Below, piece by piece: positions 40,002 through 50,640 of a stretch of DNA of 64,000 nt. The notes beneath the pieces were generated by a model. It worked only from the letters and a program-made list of their open reading frames with translations. It made no database searches and was not told the origin of the DNA. The number at the start of each line of letters is the position of its first letter. Position 1 is the first letter of the stretch. Source of the DNA: Promethearchaeia archaeon (GTDB lineage: Archaea > Asgardarchaeota > Lokiarchaeia > Sigyniarchaeales > SOKP01); NCBI GenBank assembly GCA_029856045.1, contig JAHQWG010000016.1, positions 416,001 through 480,000 of the forward strand. The letters run 5' to 3'. The translations under genes and the position numbers were made by a program.

Positions 40002-41330
40002 TTGGAATTTATTTATAATAATATGAAAATCCTTTCTCAAATTCTAATTTTTATAATCTTTATGATTATTATTGTTTCATATACTAAAGAAAAATGGGAT
40101 TTTGTGAGTATTTCGCTATTAGGAATGATAATATGTGCTTTGATCGTTGGAGTTTCTAATTCTCTAACAATTGAGAATTTCATAGAATTTGTTGAAATTG
40201 AAGCATTAATTCTGATTTTAAGTATGCAAATAATAACCCAAATCGCTCGAGAATCCAATATTATAGAATATTTTGCTATTAGAATGTTTAGGCTCTCGAA
40301 AGGCAACCAGCATTTTTTCTTATATACAATTTGTTTAACTGGTGCATTTTTAGCAGCAATTATCTCAGATGTAATTGTAGCAATTATTCTTGTACCTGTA
40401 ATAATTAGGATTTGTAACTTTTTAAAAATAAAAGCTGGGACTTATTTACTAGCTTTAACAATCGTTATTAATATAGGTAGCCTTTTTACTCCATTTTCTT
40501 CTGGAGAAAATATAATAATTTCCCAGCATTTTCAATTAGATACAAAATTTTTTATCACATACTATTGGGGATTTTCTTTTATCGTTCTTTTTTTAACGAT
40601 ATTTTTAGTTGATTACTTTATTCTTAGAAAAGAACCAAAAATTGAAATTGCAAGGAAAGAATTATTATTAGAGATTTTAAACCCATCTATTGTAATAACT
40701 AATAAAAAATTATTTTATTTCAACACTTTAGTTTTTTTCGGGACGATAATTTCATTTATTTTTATATCTCAGATGTATATTATTGCACTAATCTCATCAA
40801 TGATATTAGTCTTAGTTAACAATAGACATGGGGAAGTTCCGTTAAAAGAAGTATTAAAAAAAATTAATTGGGAGATCATTTTTTTCTTTATCGCCATGTT
40901 TATCGTTATTGGGTGTATGCGGGAAATCGGAATATTTAATATTTTTCAATTACAATCTTTACAAAATTTTAATCCAATTATTGTGAGTATAATGATGTTA
41001 TTATTAGTGAGTTTCCTCTCGGGATTATTAGCAAATACACCTATAATGTTAATTTTTTTGCCTATAATTGATAATCTAATTAGTAATTTTAATTTTCCCT
41101 CAATTCCTTTAGTTTTTTCATTATTAGTTGCTGTAAATCTAGGTGGAAATATTTTACCTCAAGGTGCTATGTGTGATGTGTTAACCCTAAAAATAGCACA
41201 AGAAAATAACGTTAAAAATCTTACCTATAAGAGATTATTGAAAAATGGAGCAATTTTTGCATTAATTCACATATTAATATCCTCAATAATATTGATACCC
41301 CTCACAATATTATTCCCTAATGGTGTATAA
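40002..41330 (+). CDS. ArsB/NhaD/SLC13 (ion transporter superfamily) permease
   Basis: NIGSLFTP...ENI, W..IFFF..MF, SGLLANTP and NLGGN..P.G motifs; more than 10 TM helices. Confidence 0.85.
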   Translation: MEFIYNNMKILSQILIFIIFMIIIVSYTKEKWDFVSISLLGMIICALIVGVSNSLTIENFIEFVEIEALILILSMQIITQIARESNIIEYFAIRMFRLSKGNQHFFLYTICLTGAFLAAIISDVIVAIILVPVIIRICNFLKIKAGTYLLALTIVINIGSLFTPFSSGENIIISQHFQLDTKFFITYYWGFSFIVLFLTIFLVDYFILRKEPKIEIARKELLLEILNPSIVITNKKLFYFNTLVFFGTIISFIFISQMYIIALISSMILVLVNNRHGEVPLKEVLKKINWEIIFFFIAMFIVIGCMREIGIFNIFQLQSLQNFNPIIVSIMMLLLVSFLSGLLANTPIMLIFLPIIDNLISNFNFPSIPLVFSLLVAVNLGGNILPQGAMCDVLTLKIAQENNVKNLTYKRLLKNGAIFALIHILISSIILIPLTILFPNGV

Positions 41331-41725
41331 AAAAAGATACAGAAAAAATTTCAACTATTATTATTATAATTTTTATAATAATCCTAGTTTCTTATAACAA
41401 AAAAGAGATTGACTATATAAATGTTTCAATTTTAAGTATGATTTTATGCATATATATAGTAAATCTAAACTGCTTTAAGATATTTTTTAGATTTTATTCG
41501 ATTTAAAGCGATTTTATTTTTTAAGTATATTTGAGAAGATCTAAAATTTCTCTAAGAAATATTTAATATAAAATATGGGAATTCAATTTATTAATTTATT
41601 CTTTCAAAATTAATTCAAGTACATGAATTCCCGAGATTAATTGATAAAGTTTGGGATACAGGTGTGGTTCTATAGAGAATTGCAATCCATCTATTTTTTA
41701 GTTTTAAACTCTTCCAATTTAAAAA

Positions 41726-42751
41726 TTAGATTTGTTTTTTTTCTTTTTTTAAGATTGATTCATAGACGCTAATATAATCGTCCACCATCCTTTCGACATT
41801 AAATTTTTTTTCAACCCATCTACGACATTCTGAACGATCAATTTTATTAACTTTTTTTAATGCATTAACAGCCTCTTCAATAGAATCGACTAAAAATCCG
41901 GTTTTTCCGTCTGCGATTACTTCAGGCATACTCCCCTTATTAAAAGCAATTACAGGCGTTCCGCACGCCATTGATTCCACAACCGACAGACCGAATGCCT
42001 CTTGAACATTAATAGGGTGCAATAAAGCAAAAGCGCCTCCTAATAATTCATTCCTCTTTTTTGGACCAGCAATACCGACGTATTTTATTAAATCATTATC
42101 AAGAAAAGGTTCGATATTTTCTTTATAATAACCTTTATCCTGGATAATCCCTGCGAAAATTAATTTCATTCCAACTTTTCGAGTGATTTCGATAGCTTCT
42201 TTAGGACCTTTATCCTGATGAATACGACCAAAAAATAATAAATAATTTTCAGGTTCAGAATTAAAAGTAAATTGGTTTAAATCTATACCGTGATAAACCG
42301 TAGCGATATAATCAAGATTAGGATCCCTAGCAGCATTGCTAATGGAAACATAATAGCTTTGATTGTTGTATTTTTTATAAACTGGTAAAATTTTGGGAGA
42401 AGAAAAGCCATGGATTGTTGTTACGACTGGGGTTGATGCCATTTTCATATATGTTAAAGGAAGATAATCAAAATGATTGTGAATGATATCAAAATCATTT
42501 CCTCTTTCGAACATTTCAGATATATGTAAACATTCCCAAACCTTTGGTATTAATTCATTATCTTCTTCATAACCCTGAGGGCAGACACTCACAAGATGTG
42601 CTTTAGTGATAGAATTCTTTGTCGCAAATAAGGTAACTTCAATTCCTTTCTCAACAAGCCCTTCTGTTAATAAAGAGACTATATATTCCCATGGACCATA
42701 AGATCGAGGAGGTGTTCGCCACGCAATTGGTGAAAGCATTGCTACGTGCAT
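41726..42751 (-). CDS. GT4 family glycosyltransferase
   Basis: PPRSYGPWE, GRI..DKG and EAFGLSVVESMACGTP motifs. Confidence 0.92.
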   Translation of the reverse strand: MHVAMLSPIAWRTPPRSYGPWEYIVSLLTEGLVEKGIEVTLFATKNSITKAHLVSVCPQGYEEDNELIPKVWECLHISEMFERGNDFDIIHNHFDYLPLTYMKMASTPVVTTIHGFSSPKILPVYKKYNNQSYYVSISNAARDPNLDYIATVYHGIDLNQFTFNSEPENYLLFFGRIHQDKGPKEAIEITRKVGMKLIFAGIIQDKGYYKENIEPFLDNDLIKYVGIAGPKKRNELLGGAFALLHPINVQEAFGLSVVESMACGTPVIAFNKGSMPEVIADGKTGFLVDSIEEAVNALKKVNKIDRSECRRWVEKKFNVERMVDDYISVYESILKKEKKQI

Positions 42752-43722
42752 TGTTTCCCTCCTGATAATGAATTATGTTTTTTAAGCCATTCAAGAAGTT
42801 CTGAGATACTAGCTGTTGCTAAAGCAATACAACTATCAGCACATCCATAATAAAGTAAGATATCATCATTTTTTTGGATCCAACCGCAGGGAAAAACAAT
42901 TTTATCTACATCACCATATGTCTCGTAAGATTCTTTTGGAGAAAAAACCCATTCGTCAGATCTCGCGATTAAGTTGCGAGGATCTTTTAGATCTAATAGT
43001 GCCAGTCCCAATCGATATATGACACCACTGACAGTAGTTTTTACCCCATGATAAAGAATTAACCAACCCTCATCAGTTCTTAAAGGTGGAGGTGATAAAC
43101 CAATTTTTTTTGCATCCCACCAGCTACCTTTCCTAGCACTAATAAGGACCTGATGATCCCCCCAATGTTTAAGATCCGGAGAAAATGAGATCCAAATATT
43201 AGCTTTTTCTGTTAACATGTATGAAACTGGCCGATGAATCATTGACCAACGTCCATTAAAGCGAATTGGAAACAATGCAGCATCTTTATTTTCTGGTGGC
43301 ATCACAGGGCCATAACGAATAAAATTTTGGAAGTCAGTAGTAGTAATTAATGAAATTAAAGGGCCATCCTTGGAGTAAGCTGTGTATGTAATAGCCATAA
43401 TTCTTTTTTCCTCTAAAAAGACAACTCTGGGATCTTCAATACCCCAAATTTCTTCAGGGTATTTATCTGGATTGGGTGTTAAAGTTGGTTGATTATCAAT
43501 TTGCCAATCATTTATACCATCTTTACTTCGAGCCAATGTTAGATGTGATATTCCTCGTCTATCTTCAACTCGCATTAATAAAAAAATTTTGTTGTCTAAT
43601 TTTATTGCACCAGCATTGAATACTGAATTTGCCATATAAGGAATATCATTGATGGAGATAATTGGATTATGTGGATAACGTTGAAAAAGTTCTTTTATCA
43701 TATTATTTTTTATTTTTATCAA
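42742..43722 (-). CDS. GH130-family glycosidase/mannoside phosphorylase
   Basis: NPI, VFNAGA, GIEDPR, NKDAALFP, HRP, YHGV and YYGCAD motifs. Confidence 0.88.
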   Translation of the reverse strand: MIKIKNNMIKELFQRYPHNPIISINDIPYMANSVFNAGAIKLDNKIFLLMRVEDRRGISHLTLARSKDGINDWQIDNQPTLTPNPDKYPEEIWGIEDPRVVFLEEKRIMAITYTAYSKDGPLISLITTTDFQNFIRYGPVMPPENKDAALFPIRFNGRWSMIHRPVSYMLTEKANIWISFSPDLKHWGDHQVLISARKGSWWDAKKIGLSPPPLRTDEGWLILYHGVKTTVSGVIYRLGLALLDLKDPRNLIARSDEWVFSPKESYETYGDVDKIVFPCGWIQKNDDILLYYGCADSCIALATASISELLEWLKKHNSLSGGKQCT

Positions 43723-43725
43723 CCT

Positions 43726-44967
43726 TTAAAATTCGGGTTCTATTATTATTGGTTTTTTAGAGATTTTAGCATTTCGTGCTAAATCGTAAGCCTGATTATA
43801 CTTGTTAGCAATTATTTCCCATGAAACAACCTCCTCAAGGTAGCGCTTTAAATTTTCACCAAACGTCATTCGAAGATTCTCATCACATGCTAATCGAATC
43901 ACATTTTCCTTAAGCATTTTTTTTGTCGTAAATAATAAACCACCACCACTTTCCAAAGTTTGTGCAGTTAATCCTTCCATTGGAGCTGTTGTGGCATAGG
44001 GTTTATTCAAAGCTATTATTCTTGCTAATGTTCCAGATTGTGTTTCGTCTATTGTTGGTAATATAATGAAATCGCAGATTGCCATCACTTTATAATAGAT
44101 ATCACCTCTTGGGATAAATTCGTAATAATGTGCAATCCCCTTGTCTTGAAGCTTAAGAACATCAGACTTCCACATTTCATAATCATGTTGATGGTTTGGA
44201 TCACGTAAAGTACCTGCAGCAAATAAATCCCATTTCTGACCACAATTTTTTATAATTTCTTCATGAATATCATCCCACATTGAAAGTAGAATATCCCATC
44301 GTTTATTGGTTTGTATCCATCCAATCATTCCCACAAGATGATCTGACAAATTTAAAGAATTTAAACCCAATTCAATTTTTAAATTATGAATTTCGTCAAT
44401 CCCCCACCTTTTATCAGGTCGTGCACCATGTGGCACCACCATAATGTTTTTTGGGGTTTCCCAACCTCTTTGTCTAAAAGACCAGTCCAATCTCCACTTT
44501 TGATAATGACACTTAAAAAAAACAATATCGCTTCTCTCACACATTTCATAAATAAATTCTGCTTCAAAATCATTAATTCGTCCATGAATTGTATGCGGTT
44601 CAACTACAAGGGGATAATGATCAATAGCCTCAAGAAGATTAAGAAAACCTTCATTTCTATCACCTATACCACGTTTATCCTTGTATTCATACAGCCCATA
44701 TTCGTGTTGTAAATGAATTGCATATGGGTCCAATTCATTGATTTTTTCCACTACAGGTTCATACCAATCGTATCTGTTTATCTCAATTAAAGGAAAAACA
44801 CCTTCTCCTTCTCCATCTGTGTGGCTAATTACCATTACATCCCTATTAGGATTAGCTTTTTGGATGAATTCTCTTGCTTCCTCAGCAAAAGTTGCGATCC
44901 CACAAAGTCGTGGTGGATAAGAACTTATCATAACAATTGGTTGATTAGACATTTTTCTATTACTCAC
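43726..44967 (-). CDS. GT4-like glycosyltransferase
   Basis: YPPRLCGIATF, LQHEYGLY, PHG and QSGTLA; paralogous to the N-terminal part of the upstream gene. Confidence 0.85.
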   Translation of the reverse strand: MSNRKMSNQPIVMISSYPPRLCGIATFAEEAREFIQKANPNRDVMVISHTDGEGEGVFPLIEINRYDWYEPVVEKINELDPYAIHLQHEYGLYEYKDKRGIGDRNEGFLNLLEAIDHYPLVVEPHTIHGRINDFEAEFIYEMCERSDIVFFKCHYQKWRLDWSFRQRGWETPKNIMVVPHGARPDKRWGIDEIHNLKIELGLNSLNLSDHLVGMIGWIQTNKRWDILLSMWDDIHEEIIKNCGQKWDLFAAGTLRDPNHQHDYEMWKSDVLKLQDKGIAHYYEFIPRGDIYYKVMAICDFIILPTIDETQSGTLARIIALNKPYATTAPMEGLTAQTLESGGGLLFTTKKMLKENVIRLACDENLRMTFGENLKRYLEEVVSWEIIANKYNQAYDLARNAKISKKPIIIEPEF

Positions 44968-47257
44968 CCACTTTTTCTGTTAAATCAATTTCAGTTAAAT
45001 TATCTAATGAATACATATTTAAAAGGGATAATAACCAAGCTAATGTTGATTCAGCTCCTTGATTTATATTAGGACCAGTAGATGTTATAGCATCATAACA
45101 CCCTCCAGTTTTATAGTTATAAAGCGGAGTATTCAAATCATTTCTACCTAAAAACCATTCTATACAACGACGTGCTTCCATGATCCATTTTTTATCTTGA
45201 GTAATTTTAAACGCCTCAACACACGCTTCAAGTATACTCTGAGCCTCAAGAGGTTGTTGATCAAATCTCGCTTTTTCTCCGTTTCGAGGATGCCATCCAG
45301 AATTACCGATTGGAGTAAGCTGTCCTTTATGATTCGTTTGAATTTTAATTAACCACTCTAATGACCTTAATCCAGCTTCAACCATATCTCCTCGCTGTAG
45401 CCATTGTCCAGACATTACCAAAGCTTGTGGAATTTTTCCATTATCATAAGTTAAAATGTCTTCTATCCACAACCACTCATCACTAGCATTTGAACAGTAA
45501 AAATCAAATAAACGATTGGCTATTTTTTCTCTAAATCGTTTTATTTTACTATCACCTCCAAATCTTGCCAGATAAGCATGAATTCCTACCAGACCAAAAG
45601 CTAAAGCTCTGGGAGAATTAAAGTCTGAAAGAACTGATACAGCTCTATTAAAGATAGTCAAAGCTTGATCTCCAAACTCTTTTATTTTTGCTAATGCTAC
45701 AGTAATTCCTAAACCCCAGATAGCCCGACCATGACAATCTTCAGAGCCTTTATCTTCAAGCCATTTACGATCATAACCTAAAAAATTTCGAAATCGGCTA
45801 TTTTTATCATTAAAAGCGTGTAGTAAAAAACTTAGATAACGACAATCAAGATTCTCTAATAAATCATCTTCAAATGACAAATCTTGAGCTAAAAGTATTA
45901 CAATTAATGCCCTTGCATTATCATCTGTGCAATAACCATGTTTGCGATTGGGTACAATAAAATTAGCATGCTGTAAAATGCCAACATCATCTGTCAACCT
46001 ATAAAGATGATCAAATTTAGGTTGAGGCATTTCGAATGAAGCAGATCGTAAGGATTTCATCCTAACAATAGTTTTTGGTCGCGATAACCGTTTTTCAACA
46101 ACTTCCGCAAATATCTCAATATAATTTCGAGCAACTTCCCTCCAAATCATATCCCTAGAAAATAAATAGGCTTTTTTACGCATAGTATGTCTCTCAATTT
46201 CGTTATCCAATAATTTAACAATTTGATCAGCCATACTATCTGGATCTTTGAAGGGTACGATTATTCCCTTTCCGTCAGCTAAAATTTCCTCAGCATACCA
46301 GTAAGGTGTAGAAATTATAGCTTTACCCGTTCCAAGAGCATATGCAAGTGTGCCAGAAACGATTTGCTCCTTGTTTAAATATGGAGTAACATAAATATCC
46401 GCAGTTCCTAAAAATTCACATAACTCCTTTAATTCTACAAATCTATTATAGAAAACTATATGATCTTCCACACCAAGCTCTCTGGCTCTTATCTGAAGAG
46501 AATGGCGATATAATTCGCCTTGTTCTTTCTTTATATTTGGATGAGTTGCCCCAAGGACGATATATATCACATCCGGATGTTTTTGGATAATTTTAGGTAA
46601 TGCATTAATCATTATCTCTATCCCCTTGCCAGGATTAATCAGACCAAAGGTTAAAATTACATTCTTACCTTCAACTCCAAATTGGTCTTTAAAAAAATTT
46701 GGATCAATAAATGGAACATCTGGGATACCGTGATGAATTACATTAATTTTTTCTGCAGATATCTTATAGATTTCTTTTAAAAGTGTTTTGGCATGATGGC
46801 TCATAACAATTAATCGATCTGATACTTTATCTATTGTTTTAATTATCTTTCGAATTCTTGGCTGAGGATTTGGTTGAAGAGTATGCAATGTCGACACAAT
46901 CGGCATGTGCAAATTACGAAGTAATGCTAAAATATGGCTTCCGTAATCCCCTCCATAAATCCCAAATTCATGTTGTAAACAAACGACATCAATGTCATTA
47001 ACATTGAGAAACTCAGCAGCTAATTGATAATCTGCCAATCGATTAACATTTAATTCAAAACGAACTTGTTTAGGATAAGAATAACCTTGAGGCTTATCAT
47101 TCATAGCAATTGCCCAGCATGTACTTTGTCGTAACTCATTTGAAATTGCTTGCAAGAGATCGTTTGTGAAAGTTGCAATACCACATTGGCGTGGTATATA
47201 ATTGCCAATAAAAGCAATATTTTGCAAATTTGGATGATATCGTCTTTTTAAGCTCAT
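44960..47257 (-). CDS. GT4 glycosyltransferase fused to a C-terminal alpha/alpha-barrel glycosidase-like domain
   Basis: PRQCGIATF, QHEFGIYGG and SGTLAYA; C-domain GYCTDDNARAL, FDQQP.E and NQGAEST. Confidence 0.88.
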   Translation of the reverse strand: MSLKRRYHPNLQNIAFIGNYIPRQCGIATFTNDLLQAISNELRQSTCWAIAMNDKPQGYSYPKQVRFELNVNRLADYQLAAEFLNVNDIDVVCLQHEFGIYGGDYGSHILALLRNLHMPIVSTLHTLQPNPQPRIRKIIKTIDKVSDRLIVMSHHAKTLLKEIYKISAEKINVIHHGIPDVPFIDPNFFKDQFGVEGKNVILTFGLINPGKGIEIMINALPKIIQKHPDVIYIVLGATHPNIKKEQGELYRHSLQIRARELGVEDHIVFYNRFVELKELCEFLGTADIYVTPYLNKEQIVSGTLAYALGTGKAIISTPYWYAEEILADGKGIIVPFKDPDSMADQIVKLLDNEIERHTMRKKAYLFSRDMIWREVARNYIEIFAEVVEKRLSRPKTIVRMKSLRSASFEMPQPKFDHLYRLTDDVGILQHANFIVPNRKHGYCTDDNARALIVILLAQDLSFEDDLLENLDCRYLSFLLHAFNDKNSRFRNFLGYDRKWLEDKGSEDCHGRAIWGLGITVALAKIKEFGDQALTIFNRAVSVLSDFNSPRALAFGLVGIHAYLARFGGDSKIKRFREKIANRLFDFYCSNASDEWLWIEDILTYDNGKIPQALVMSGQWLQRGDMVEAGLRSLEWLIKIQTNHKGQLTPIGNSGWHPRNGEKARFDQQPLEAQSILEACVEAFKITQDKKWIMEARRCIEWFLGRNDLNTPLYNYKTGGCYDAITSTGPNINQGAESTLAWLLSLLNMYSLDNLTEIDLTEKVGE

Positions 47258-47514
47258 AACAATCTATTATAATTTTTTGACTAAGATTTTAAATTCTTAT
47301 TGACTTTAAGAAGTTATATTTATATTTGTATTCGAAAATTTTTAAATTTTAAGATTATTTTAAGATTTTAGATTTAAATTTTAATCCTTTAAATGTTTAT
47401 ATTAATATTTTAAGAGTTTAAAACTAACAATTGAGAACTAAATTCAATGTGGTAAAATCATCAAAAATTAAGAGTAAATTAAGGAAAAAACAAAAATTCA
47501 TTATTATTTTAATA

Positions 47515-47776
47515 TCAATCGTGCTCTTCCACTCCACAGCAATTATGGAGTTCAGCCTATTAAATATATCAAATGGTACTTCATCACTTCACCCTGAAGG
47601 ATAACCATCTGCTTGCATATATCTCCTTTATTCCTCATCAAATATAGTATCAAAGGCTAAACTCGACTTTCTAGAGCCATTACTCCAGTTATTAATACAA
47701 TTTTGTTTTTTGATATCGAAAAATCTATATTATTAAGATTATGAATTTGAGCACCATTTATTTCTATTTTATCCAC
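47515..47776 (-). pseudogene. Decayed 5' fragment of a uvrA paralog
   Basis: From GTG at 47776 it reads VDKIEINGAQIHNLNNIDFSISKNKIVLITGV, then frameshifts to ..KSSLAFDTIFDEE*RRYMQADGYP. It is colinear with 38950-39211 and carries in-frame stops. Confidence 0.88.
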
Positions 47777-47806
47777 TTTTTATCCCTCTTTCTACATTTT
47801 TTTCTT

Positions 47807-48430
47807 TTAGATAAACGGTTGCCTTATAACGGTTCTCAGCTTTTCTGGAGCAATTTTTCTAGGATCACTTAGATAAATCTCGTGATGTTTTTGCTTATTT
47901 CCGTCAAATTTACCACCCTGTTTCTCGATAAACTCATGAATTTTATCAATTGTTGGTCCTTCATCTGTGAACGATCCAATATGCAAGATTTGAGCGCATT
48001 TTCCCTCTTTGTACTTTTCAAGTCGAAGATTAGATATCACAGTAGGAATCTGAGGCTTTTTTTCCATAGTAATTTTAATGGCTTCGTCAATCATTTTTTG
48101 AGTAATCCAATCAGGTTGCATTATTATCATTGTCCACTTCCATTTATCTCTGTGCCCTGCTCTAAAATCTCTCATGTCATCAGCCCACCAGAGTCCTTCT
48201 AAAGGGGGAACTACGTAATCTTTACCTTTTGCTTTGCTAAGAAATTTAGTTTTAAATGCTACGGGGTAAAGAACGGCAAGTGCATCTAAGTATTCTTTTG
48301 AATCACCAGGTGAACCCATTCCATCTATCATTAGGAATTGAAAAACTGGAACTTCAAGAACTACAACCTCATTTGTGTCTGGTTTATACAATTTTTTATA
48401 TTTATTCTTAAAATCTACTTTAGTCACCAT
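47807..48430 (-). CDS. GyrI-like small-molecule-binding domain protein
   Basis: FLMIDG.G.P, YVVPPLEGLWW, W.WT.MI.QP, H.G...E and HHEIYLSDPR motifs. Confidence 0.9.
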   Translation of the reverse strand: MVTKVDFKNKYKKLYKPDTNEVVVLEVPVFQFLMIDGMGSPGDSKEYLDALAVLYPVAFKTKFLSKAKGKDYVVPPLEGLWWADDMRDFRAGHRDKWKWTMIIMQPDWITQKMIDEAIKITMEKKPQIPTVISNLRLEKYKEGKCAQILHIGSFTDEGPTIDKIHEFIEKQGGKFDGNKQKHHEIYLSDPRKIAPEKLRTVIRQPFI

Positions 48431-48471
48431 TTTTTCTTTCCAATTTATTCTATTATTCTTTTTAATTTGTT

Positions 48472-48900
48472 TTAAGTTATATTTGGATTATATTTATAAC
48501 CGCAGTCATAACATTCAGAATCATGAACACAAATTTCCCCTCCACATTCTGGACAAGTATATAGAATTGCTTGTTCCCCAACCCATTTATTAACTCCTAC
48601 TTCTTTTATTTTCTTTAAATTTTCTAATAAACTAACATTATACCTTGTAAGGTATATATTATCCATTCTCTTCAAATTTTGGCAGGGAAATTTTTCACAT
48701 TCAAAACAATATTCAATTTCTTTCTTTCTTAATTGCGGACAATCTCGTACTATAAAAGCACATTTCTTATTTTGAAGGATACAACCTTTACATCCTCTTT
48801 TATAACCTTTAATTTTTAATAAATCTTTTTTTAATACCAAGTAGGTTCTACATGCTCCACAATATATCCCACAATGACCAACTAAATATTCACTTTTCAT
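48472..48900 (-). CDS. DUF3795 Cys-rich protein
   Basis: CGIYCGAC, CKGC, C..C..FPC, and a C-terminal CPECGG...CYDC. Confidence 0.85.
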   Translation of the reverse strand: MKSEYLVGHCGIYCGACRTYLVLKKDLLKIKGYKRGCKGCILQNKKCAFIVRDCPQLRKKEIEYCFECEKFPCQNLKRMDNIYLTRYNVSLLENLKKIKEVGVNKWVGEQAILYTCPECGGEICVHDSECYDCGYKYNPNIT

Positions 48901-48912
48901 ATTAGATCACTT

Positions 48913-50052
48913 TTATAATTTAATTTTTGATAATTTTTTAAACAAATCTTTCTCATTACTTAAAATATACAAAGCTGTATTGCCTAGTTCATTGAAATCT
49001 ACATGATTTAGGCATTCACTTTCATATTTGTCCGCCGCATTTTTTAATGTTTCTGCAATAAGCGTCCAATTTTGAGCAGAATTATTAATTAATGGCAAGG
49101 ATTCCTCGAGTATCCTAAATTCTTCTTTATTCCACGCTTTAGGTCCTTCTTTAAGCTCTGGATGATCTATTAGTTCTTCCAAGAATTCCTTGTATAACTT
49201 ACGAAAAGCACTCCCCCCTGTACCCCATGTTTCGATGTAACCATGAGTTAATTCAAACATTAATCTCGCTAGGGAAATAATTTTACCATTATATGGATTT
49301 TTAATACTGCCTTTCAAAGTTTCGCCCCACTTGGGAATAGAATTGGCAAATAAGTTTAAACCTTGAATACCGATATTATTTATGGAAGGTCTTAACATAT
49401 TATTAACAACTTCTTGTATTGCAAGTTTAACTCCTGCTGCCAGTGGTGGATGTTTTCCATCTGGGCGCCTTTCCATAGAAAATTGCGTATTTTCTGGAAA
49501 CATGAATGAATCCCCCTCTCTAGAACTTCTTCCCTCCTTTAAAATTTCAATTGGAACTTCTTGAAATCCTTCAAATTCGGTATCACCTACATATGCAACT
49601 CCTTTTTCTTCGTCATATCCGCCTAATGTTATCGCATGTCCACCAAAATGTATTTCTTGTTCGTGCTCATAGAAAGGTAAGTAGCCAATATCAACCTTGA
49701 GAATTAATGGTATATTCTTGCTTAATAGAATTTTCGATTCTTGCCACGCTTTATCTGCACTTGAGAATGATTGCTTCCTCAACTTAATTCCTAAAACTCT
49801 ACATGCTAAAGAATTTGGCTCAATTTTTCCTTGTTTTCCTCCCACAAAGAAAGGGATCTCATTAACTACGCCATCTAAAGTTGATAACTTGTTTGTTTTA
49901 TCATAAAAACCAAATCCCATTGTTGCATCGAGCCCGAAAGCCATTGCTTCTGACATCGGAAATCCGTAAAATTCAAATAAATCTCTCATTGCGGACGATT
50001 CGCAGTGAAATCCAACTTTATGACTGAAGTTCTCAACCATTAGTCTGACCAT
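48913..50052 (-). CDS. BtrH_N/DUF4872-like papain-fold protein (start taken at ATG 50052)
   Basis: G.HCESSA, SEAMAFGL, HFGGHAITLGGYD, YVGD and GTGGSAFR..Y..FL.E motifs. Confidence 0.82.
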   Translation of the reverse strand: MVRLMVENFSHKVGFHCESSAMRDLFEFYGFPMSEAMAFGLDATMGFGFYDKTNKLSTLDGVVNEIPFFVGGKQGKIEPNSLACRVLGIKLRKQSFSSADKAWQESKILLSKNIPLILKVDIGYLPFYEHEQEIHFGGHAITLGGYDEEKGVAYVGDTEFEGFQEVPIEILKEGRSSREGDSFMFPENTQFSMERRPDGKHPPLAAGVKLAIQEVVNNMLRPSINNIGIQGLNLFANSIPKWGETLKGSIKNPYNGKIISLARLMFELTHGYIETWGTGGSAFRKLYKEFLEELIDHPELKEGPKAWNKEEFRILEESLPLINNSAQNWTLIAETLKNAADKYESECLNHVDFNELGNTALYILSNEKDLFKKLSKIKL

Positions 50053-50636
50053 GGTGTCTTTTCCTCCTCGATTTTTTCTAACATCCAATTTATAAATTCA
50101 ATATGAGTTTCCATCATTTTTATAGGGCGAACGAAAAGAGCTTTAATATTCAATGGATACATGCCCCATTGTGTCATTGATTGTTGTCTTGATATCTTTT
50201 CTTTTTTATTCAGCATTTCAATATCATTTTTTATAATTTCAACTGAATTTTTAAAAGCTCTTATCAATTCCTCTTTAGATAATAATGGATACATTGAAAG
50301 TGCTATATCATAATCATGATCTCTTCGACCCTTAAATTCACTTATAACTTTGTAAACCTTATTTTTTAAGATGACAAACCCAAAATCTGTTATTCTATAG
50401 ATTTTTCGAATTCTATTATCAACTTCTTCAATATACGATTCAACCAATTTATCCTCCTCCAACTTATTAATAATTTTATATATTGATGAGGTTCCAATTT
50501 CGGTCCAATCTCTCATTCCTCTCTCATCTATTCTTTGATTAATACTATAAGCATGGCTTGGTGTCTCGGAAACTAAACCCAATATTACAAACGCTCGATG
50601 ATTTAATTCGTATTCGTTTCTAAAATCTCTTTCCAT
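50040..50636 (-). CDS. PadR family transcriptional regulator (start taken at MERDF, 50636)
   Basis: ILGLVSETPSHAYSI, SSIY....KLE...LV and RKIYRITDFG wHTH motifs. Confidence 0.88.
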   Translation of the reverse strand: MERDFRNEYELNHRAFVILGLVSETPSHAYSINQRIDERGMRDWTEIGTSSIYKIINKLEEDKLVESYIEEVDNRIRKIYRITDFGFVILKNKVYKVISEFKGRRDHDYDIALSMYPLLSKEELIRAFKNSVEIIKNDIEMLNKKEKISRQQSMTQWGMYPLNIKALFVRPIKMMETHIEFINWMLEKIEEEKTPWSD

Positions 50637-50640
50637 TTTA

